A stretch of DNA of 64,000 nt from the human T2T-CHM13v2.0 reference genome, Homo sapiens. The position numbers were made by a program, and so were the translations under genes. Below the pieces are notes generated by a model that was not told the DNA's origin, searched no databases, and was given only the letters and a program-made list of their open reading frames with translations. Shown here piece after piece: positions 56,991 through 64,000 of this stretch (position 1 is its first letter; every line of letters starts with the position of its first letter). Where the stretch lies: the NCBI RefSeq assembly GCF_009914755.1, contig NC_060925.1; one strand, given 5' to 3'.

Positions 56991-57249
56991 GGGGTGCTTT
57001 ATTCAAGCCCTGGGTTCGCTCCCTGGTCAGCAAGTATGAGGTATTTGCAGAGGGTCTAGAAGATGTGAAGGGAGATTAGCCCGCATTTAGGACTGTGCCA
57101 AACAGAGAGTGAGTGATGCTGAAGAAAGTGGCCTCCTCTGCTCCAGCCCTCCCTCCTCCTCCCCAACCCCTGGCTCTACCACCTCTCCCTCAGCACCGGC
57201 GCCCTACCCTCAGCCTGTAAACAGTATCAGGTCTCGCCCAACAAAAATC

Positions 57250-58095
57250 AATGGAGACCCAGCAATTCCACTCAAGAGAACTAGAAACATGTCTGTACTA
57301 AAACTTGTACACAAATGTTCATAGCGGTGTATTCAGAAGGCCAAAAAAGGAAACAACTGAATGTCCACTGATTGACAAATGGATGAGCAAATTATGGTCT
57401 ATCCATACAATGGAATAGTATTCTGCCATAAAAAATAATAAGGCCGGGCATGGTGGCTCACGCCTGTAATCCCAGCACTTTGGGAGGCCGAGGCGGGCGG
57501 ATCACGAAGTCAGGAGATCGAGACCATACTGGCTAACACAGTGAAACCCCGTCTCTACTAAAAAAAAATACAAAAAATTAGCCGGGCGTGTTGGCGAGTG
57601 CCTGTAGTCCCAGCTAAGTGGGAGGCTGAGGCAGGAGAATGGCGTGAACCCGGGAGTCAGAGCTTGCAGTGAGCCGAGATCGCACCACTACACTCCAGCC
57701 TGGGCAACAGAGCAAGACTCCGTCTCAAAAAAAAAAAAAAAAGAAAGAAAGAAATTCTGTTACATGCTACAACATGGATGAACCTTGAAAACACTATAGT
57801 GCTCAATGAAAGAAACCAGTCACAAAAACCCACATAGTGTATGATTCTATTTATATGAAATGTCCAAAACAGGCAAATCCATAGAGACAGTAGACTAATG
57901 GTTGCCAGGGACTGGGAGGAGGGGGGACTGAGGAGTGACTGCTTAATGAGTACAAAGCCTCTTTGGGGGGTGATTAAAATGTTAAGGAATTAGACGGTGG
58001 TGATGACTGTACAACTTTGTGAATATAATAAAAAACCACATAACTGTATAAAAGGGTGAATTTTATGGTATGTGAATGATATTTTAATTTAAACC
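57250..58095 (+). mobile_element. L1MB-type 3' end split by an AluY
   Basis: gacccagcaattccactc...tggtctatccatacaatggaat...acatgctacaacatggatgaaccttgaaaac...gaattttatggtatgtgaat. Confidence 0.85.
57442..57752 (+). mobile_element. AluY-type
   Basis: ggatcacgaagtcaggagatcgagaccatactggctaacac...gaatggcgtgaacccggga...agcttgcagtgagccgagatcgc; A tail then (GAAA)n. Confidence 0.93.
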
Positions 58096-58139
58096 AAAAA
58101 TCCAAATGACCAAAAAATTTAAAAAATTAAAAAAAAAAA

Positions 58140-59700
58140 ACCTCTCTTGACTCTGTATGCCCTCCAAGTTACCATGCAGTTAACCAGCCCTTCTCATCCA
58201 AGATTCTTGCAAGGGTAGCCCACACGTTTTTACTCCCACTTATACATTAGCTCCCTAGAATGTGGCTTCTACCTGCACCAGAGCTCAAATCTGCTCTCTC
58301 CTTGAAATTTTATCCTGTGGCTTTCTATGACCCTGCACATTCCTGGTTCTCCTCCTCCTTCCGTTCTTTGTCATTTGATCTTATTTTCTTGGCAAATCTA
58401 TTTTAATCTCTTCAAAGATCAAAACTTATTTTGATCTCTTCTGTGGCTTCTTCCAGAATCCTTCCTAGGTTATGTCGTCCATGCCTATGAGTTCAGTTCA
58501 GTTACTATGCTTCAAATTCTAGCCTCCACCTGATGTCCCACAGAGTTCTTAAACTTGGCATGTCATAAGCTATTTGTCATCTCCCCTTCCCCATCCTCTA
58601 TCTTCTCTCCAGTAATAATATCTACTACCACATTCTAGGACCTGGGAATCATCCTTGATTCTGTCGTCTTCCTTCTCCTAAAGTCAATCACCGATTTTTA
58701 TCTCATAAATATTCATAAATCCCACAATACTACCACAGCCCTAGTCCATATCTCCACTGTCTTTTGACTTTTAATTCCCTTCGTCTTTAGTGCCCTTCAG
58801 ATCTAGTTTCCACACAGCTGTTGAAGTGGACACCCATTACTTCAGCAAGCGTTAGCTCTTTCTTAGGGTCACATCACACTGATTTTCCTTCAGGAACTCA
58901 CTCCAAGAGATATGGGCTTGGGGAGACTGCCAGTGAAGATGATGACTTTACCTGGCCCAGGCCTGGTGTGCCCCCAAGCTGGAGCACTATGACATCTTTC
59001 ATTTGGAATTTGAATCCTAGGTGGAATAACGCTGGAGGCAGTTGGCCCTGATACTTCCTGACCAAGGGGACTTGCAGTTGATTCCTGCTATGTAGTCCCT
59101 GGGAAATTCCTTCAGAGCCTGGGTTCTTCAAATTTTTATTGGGTTTTCTGAAGGATCCCATATCTCTCCAATGCGCTCCCCTGTAGGAACTTAATTAGAA
59201 TTATCTTCAACCAAAGAATCTGATATCGAAATGTGTCTGAGAAGCAAACCAGGTCTTTACTGAAAACTCATTAGAGGCATTCCATCACCTACGGGAAAGA
59301 CACCAAGCTCCGTAATACAAGCCCCAAGACCCTCCATTACTCTGTTCCAGGCTGCCTATCTGCACCTTCTCGCCCTACTCCTTACCTTGCCCTTACATCT
59401 CTGCCCTTCTGAATTATTTGAGGTTTCACATAACCTATGAGGTTTCATGCCTCAATACTCATGAGTCCCCTCTGTAGAAGCCCTCCCTGCTCCCATCCAG
59501 CCCACTTGAGAAAGCCTTCCCTGGCTCTTCCCTGATCCCAACATTCTGCCTTCCTCTGTGTTCTCAAGGCACCTGAGTTTCCCACCCACTCACTGTCATG
59601 GTATTTCACCTACCTGCTTTGTTATCTGCCTCTCCCACCAAACATGGAGTTCCTGGAGGGCTATGCCTTCTTTTCTGTTTCTCTGCCTCCATAATTCGTG
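58140..59700 (+). mobile_element. L2 fragments with an ERVL-type (LTR33-like) LTR at ~58840-59225
   Basis: L2 motifs (ctagcctccacctgatgtcccacag, ctgggaatcatccttgattc) flanking an LTR-like block ending caaccaaagaatctgata. Confidence 0.5.
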
Positions 59701-60199
59701 AGTAAGAGAAAGGATCCCAATACAGGACATTAACAAATCTTTTGACCAGAGAGATGAAAATCCAGGCTGGAGGCATCTCATATAGGCTATCAAAAAAATT
59801 TATTCCTGTTCTGAAATACATTCCAGAACACTGCCAAGACCCTGGTAAGACTGGCGGACACTTATTTAAATGATAGCTCTCATTCTCTAAAATCTGAATT
59901 TCTCCTGAAAGCCTTCATGCTTTAATGAGATTCAAAATTAATTAACTCAGACAATTGTCTTCATCACTGTGACTAAATGACAAAGTGTGTTTTTGTACAT
60001 ATTTTTGTACATATTTGAAGAATAAACAGAATGTAAGCAAGCAAATCCATGGTTCTGTTTGGATGGCTATTGTGAAACACGTACCTTAAGTGGAATTATA
60101 TAACCATCCATCTGCAAACGTTGAGTGAGGAGAGCTGGATTTCAGTCACAGCTTATCCATGACCAGCAGCTTGACCTTGGATAAGTCATTGCCCTTGGA

Positions 60200-60762
60200 C
60201 ACCTGCTGTCAGCCTTCCCAGTATCCATTTCTTTATTCTCCCACCATTGGAACCCCCACCCCCCAAAAAATTTGGGAAACCACTTTTTCTCCATTCTAAC
60301 CTATATGGTATTAAGGTTGTTCACCTGACCCCAGACTCCAGGAGTTGGGCCTGATTGTCTTAAAGCCATTGTTTCTATCCCATCCACCTGGCTACAGAAG
60401 TTAGTTTAAAGGCAGTCATGAAACCCAATCAGAGCAAAGGGATTTGAAACACACTTGCAAACGGCTTCTGGCAAAGAAAAGATTCCTCTGCCTGTAGTAG
60501 ATCCTACCAATGATAGATTGATGATAAATCCATGATAATGTGACCACTTGGATAGAGATGAGATTGCCAGGCAGTGAAGGAATACTGAGGAAAGCAGAAT
60601 GGGAAAAGAAGCAGAACGTTGGTTATACTGCTGGGCAGTGAACAACTGGATCAAACAACACCTGAAGCTGATAGACCTCTATACGCTTCAGTTATGTGAA
60701 CCAATCAATTCCCTTTGTTGTTGGAATTTAGTTTTCTGTCTATAACATAAACAGTTCTAACA
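60200..60762 (+). mobile_element. ERVL solo LTR (LTR16-like) inserted in a MIR (MIR halves at ~60120-60195 and ~60765-60808)
   Basis: cccaatcagagc...ctggatcaaacaacacctgaagct...ttcagttatgtgaaccaatcaattccctt...ttttctgtc. Confidence 0.65.
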
Positions 60763-60808
60763 GTAACAATCTCTCTGGGCCTCCATTTTTCATAGATAAA
60801 AGTAATAC

Positions 60809-62725
60809 GGATAACATCTAAGGAGGCTGCTGGAGTGCCAGGAGGAGGCCGTGGGAACACCGTCACCTGGTCCCAGGGCCTGGATTCGCTGCTTCCAGCC
60901 AAACACGCGCATATCAGGCCGGGGCCTTCAGACCTCACGGAAGGCATTCGCCCCAGGCCAGGTGGACTTCTGATGCAGGTTGAGAACAAAAAGAAGCACC
61001 TGGACATTCCCCGGAGCCCTCTGCGTGGTCGCGCTTCAGTGGAATTTGGGGACCCTTGGCTGCCAGCCATGCTTGCTTGATAGCAACAGAAACCAGTTCT
61101 GCCCGACTCTGTGCCACAAAAAAGCCACACCCCACTCACCTGACACCCACCCCATCAAGAGTCCATGCTGCTGGGCCCTGAGGGAGGGGAGGGCTTTGTG
61201 GTCAGGCTCCATGGCCCGCCCTGGCCCTGATCTGTCGAGGATGCGCAGGACGTCCTCTCCAACTGCACCATGCCCCATTGGGCTCAGGCGAGTTCCATCT
61301 ACACCGGAGAGGGGTAGGCAGAGTGGTGAGGCTTTTGCTGAACTTGGATCAGAAGAGGACGTAAAAATGGCCCTGGAAAAAGACCGGGAAAGCATGGGAC
61401 ACTGGCGCATTGCGGTGTTCAAGTCCCACAGAACCGAGGTGAGTTGGGTGTTGAAGGAAGCACGGCGGTCCCAACAGTGCGGGCAGCGCCAACTACGGCT
61501 TCGCGCTCGAACTTTGAGGACTCTCATCTGGATGCACAAAGAAGAAATCATTCAGTTCTTCTCAGTGTTGGAAATCCCAAGAGTTGGCCTCGCAGGAGTT
61601 AGCTGAGAGGCTCTCGGAAAGCCCAAGGAGAGGACAGGGCACAGAGACATGGAGGTGTTCAAGAGCAGCCAGGAGGAAGTTAGGTCGGACTCAGGTCCCC
61701 CTGAGACTCATATCCGTGCTGCCCCGGACCCCTGTGACTGGCCCGGGCTTCCGGGAGCTACCCTGGCATCGTGAAGCAGGCAGGCGCAGGATGCGGGGCC
61801 ACGAGGAGCATAGCGGCCTCTGCACCACGGAGCTGCTTGGTGGGGGGTGTGGGGGAACCTCAGCTACTGTCTCTCCGGAATGTATGACCACAAATATGGC
61901 GACAGTGAGTTCACAGGGCATAGCACCACCGGCCACTGCCTCTGCATGAGGGGCTGCCATGCAAAGCGACCAAGAGCGACATTTACAACCTCTTCTCTCC
62001 TTCCAACCTGGTGAGAGTCCACATTGAGATGGGCCCAGATGGAAGAGTGACCGGCAAAGCAGATGTTGAGTTTGCTACTCGGGAAGAAGCAGTGGCAGCT
62101 ACCTCCAGAGACAGGGTCAGCATGTGGCACAGATACATAGAACTATTCCTGAATTTGACAACAGGGGCTAGCAATGGGGCGTACAGCAGTCGGGATGCGA
62201 GGCATGGGCTTGACCACCTACAGTGACCTGAAGAGCCAGTCAGTGAGCGGCTGTGATGGGTCTGGCCACAGCGGGCAGAACAGCATGGGTGAATAGGACT
62301 CGTTTTGTTAGCAACGTTTGAATTAATTCAATCAAATTTTCACAGGCCGCTAACAAGCAGTGAAGAGCAGTTATAATGAAGGAAGCTGTGGGACCCATTT
62401 TGCACAAAGAGTTTGTGAAATCTGGATTTAAAAATTACCTCTTTAGGCCAGGCGCAGTGGCTCAGCCTGTAATCCCAGCACTTCGGGAGGCCTAGGTGGG
62501 TGGATCACTTGAGGCCAGGAGTTCACAACCAGCCTGGCCAGCATGGTGAAACCCCTTCTCTACTAAAAATACAAAAATTAGCCGGGTAAGGTGGCAGGCG
62601 CCTGTTATCCCAGCTACTCGGGAGGCTGAGGCACAAGAATCACTTGAACCCAGGAGGCGGAGGTTGCAGTGAGCCAAGATGCACCACTGCACACCAGCCT
62701 GGGCAACAGAGTAAGACCCTGTCTC

Positions 62726-62765
<40 letters not shown>

Positions 62766-63425
62766 TATGCCTCTTCAGTGTTTTCTCATGCAAAATTTTC
62801 TTCTACCATGTGATATTGAGTAAACTAAAACTATTTTCAGCTTTTCTCAATTAACATTTTGTTAGTATACTTCACAGAGAAGTTATCCAAGTTTAAGTAT
62901 GTTACATGTGGACCTATTACACCACATCACAGTGAACACACTGGGGAGATGTGCTTTTTTGGTAAACTCAAAGGCATCAGCTCCCTGATTCAAAGAAATG
63001 TTTCTCATGTTTGTTCATTCTAATTTATATTTTCATTTAAGATCCTTTAGGTTAAGTTGAAGCTTTTTAAAAGTGAGTTTTGAAAATTGAGACACAATAC
63101 TAATACTGGAGGAATTGGTGAGGCCTTAACTTAAAACTTTCTTTGTACTGTGATTTCCTTTTGGGTGTATTCTGCCAAGTGAAACTTGTTAAATTTTTTG
63201 TTAACTAAATTTTTTTCTTAAAATGAAGACTTTTTCACAATGACTGGCACAGATTATCTACTCAGCAAAAGATAGCGAAATGACTGGGTGGTTCAAGATA
63301 ATTCATTTTAATTGTAATGTATTTAAGTGTGAATTTAAAAATAGTTTCATACATTAAATCTATGATCTCCCTTATATTCTAATAATGAGGCTAAATAAAA
63401 GTCTAATAAAAATATTTTTAAAAAA
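60809..63425 (+). pseudogene. HNRNPFP1: Processed pseudogene of HNRNPF (5'UTR, decayed CDS 61165-62302, 3'UTR, polyA signals)
   Basis: Translation matches hnRNP F ([13 protein letters not shown]; [21 protein letters not shown]; [22 protein letters not shown]; [20 protein letters not shown]). Premature TGA at 61228-61230, frameshifts, and a ~60-nt deletion in qRRM2 near 61575-61585. AATAAA at 63394 and 63405 followed by an A-rich remnant. Symbol from recollection. Confidence 0.93.
62446..62768 (+). mobile_element. AluS-type inserted in the pseudogene 3'UTR, with A tail followed by (AT)n
   Basis: Full dimeric Alu; flanks aaaattacctcttta and ...gcctcttca are TSD remnants. Confidence 0.93.
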
Positions 63426-64000
63426 TAATTCTGCCAGTTCTCACATCCTATGAGTCTTTCTGAAGGGTAAATACACTCATGAAAATTTAAATGTATTGTC
63501 TTATACCATTAAGCACTAAGGAAAGTAGGACTGCCCAGTTTAACCCAACAAAAGAAAGCTAAGACTAGAAATGCAAACAGAAATCCTTCATCTTTGTCCT
63601 GTACTAGGAGTTACCCTGATCTCTACCTCCCCTGCTAGCCCCCTATACTTCAGCCACTTATTCCTCTACTCTGAGAATAGTTGGGGGTGAGGGAGAGTAA
63701 TCTGGAAAGGAACCTTATAAAGTGGCCCTACTTTAGAAGACTTTGGATTCAGTCACAGACACTATTCTTGCTGATGCCCCTTGTTGGCCTTGGACTCCTT
63801 GTTCAGGTTCTGACCTCTTCTACCCAAACTCTTTGACATGAGTCTTCCCAGATCACTCTCCTCTGCCTTTTCTCCCTCCCCAGATCTGACGCCTGGATTA
63901 TATATTTCGCTTGGCTGCATGCCCTCATGTCTGCATTCCCAGCCCTGACCACCTTCAATCAGTTGAAAGTGGTGATATATTAGTCAGGCAACTCCAAAGC

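Noticed and set aside
55736-57079. Overlapping 90-286 aa ORFs on both strands
   Set aside because: Pro/Gly/Arg/Ala-rich frames are expected from stop-codon scarcity in a CpG island; no recognisable domain

Overview
Primate (most likely human) genomic DNA with no intact protein-coding exon. It is rich in interspersed repeats: Alu, L1, L2, MIR, L3/CR1, MaLR/ERV solo LTRs and hAT/TcMar MITEs. Three landmarks stand out. (1) A CpG-island promoter at ~55.7-57.0 kb has a minus-strand first exon ending in a canonical CAG|GTAAGG donor at 56375, so bases 1-56374 are probably one large first intron. The island lies ~4-5 kb from an HNRNPF retrocopy, which matches my recollection of the distal HIVEP3 promoter next to HNRNPFP1 on 1p34; this is not verifiable from the window alone. 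(2) A near full-length processed HNRNPF pseudogene at ~60.8-63.4 kb (+). (3) A 4.4 kb L1PA2/3-type insertion at 10.3-14.7 kb with a twin-priming 5' inversion. All long ORFs in the track are explained by L1, the pseudogene or GC-rich CpG-island composition. I do not see a convincing new biological system. The best leads are a strong AT->GC substitution bias in the pseudogene CDS (candidate GC-biased gene conversion footprint), a 314-bp locally templated non-tandem duplication at 29.9/31.1 kb with a second short copy event nearby, an apparently exon-skipped HNRNPF 5'UTR isoform preserved in the retrocopy, and a splice-spanning uORF in the first exon. Repeat subfamily names come from by-eye recognition of consensus motifs, and boundaries of old repeats are approximate.
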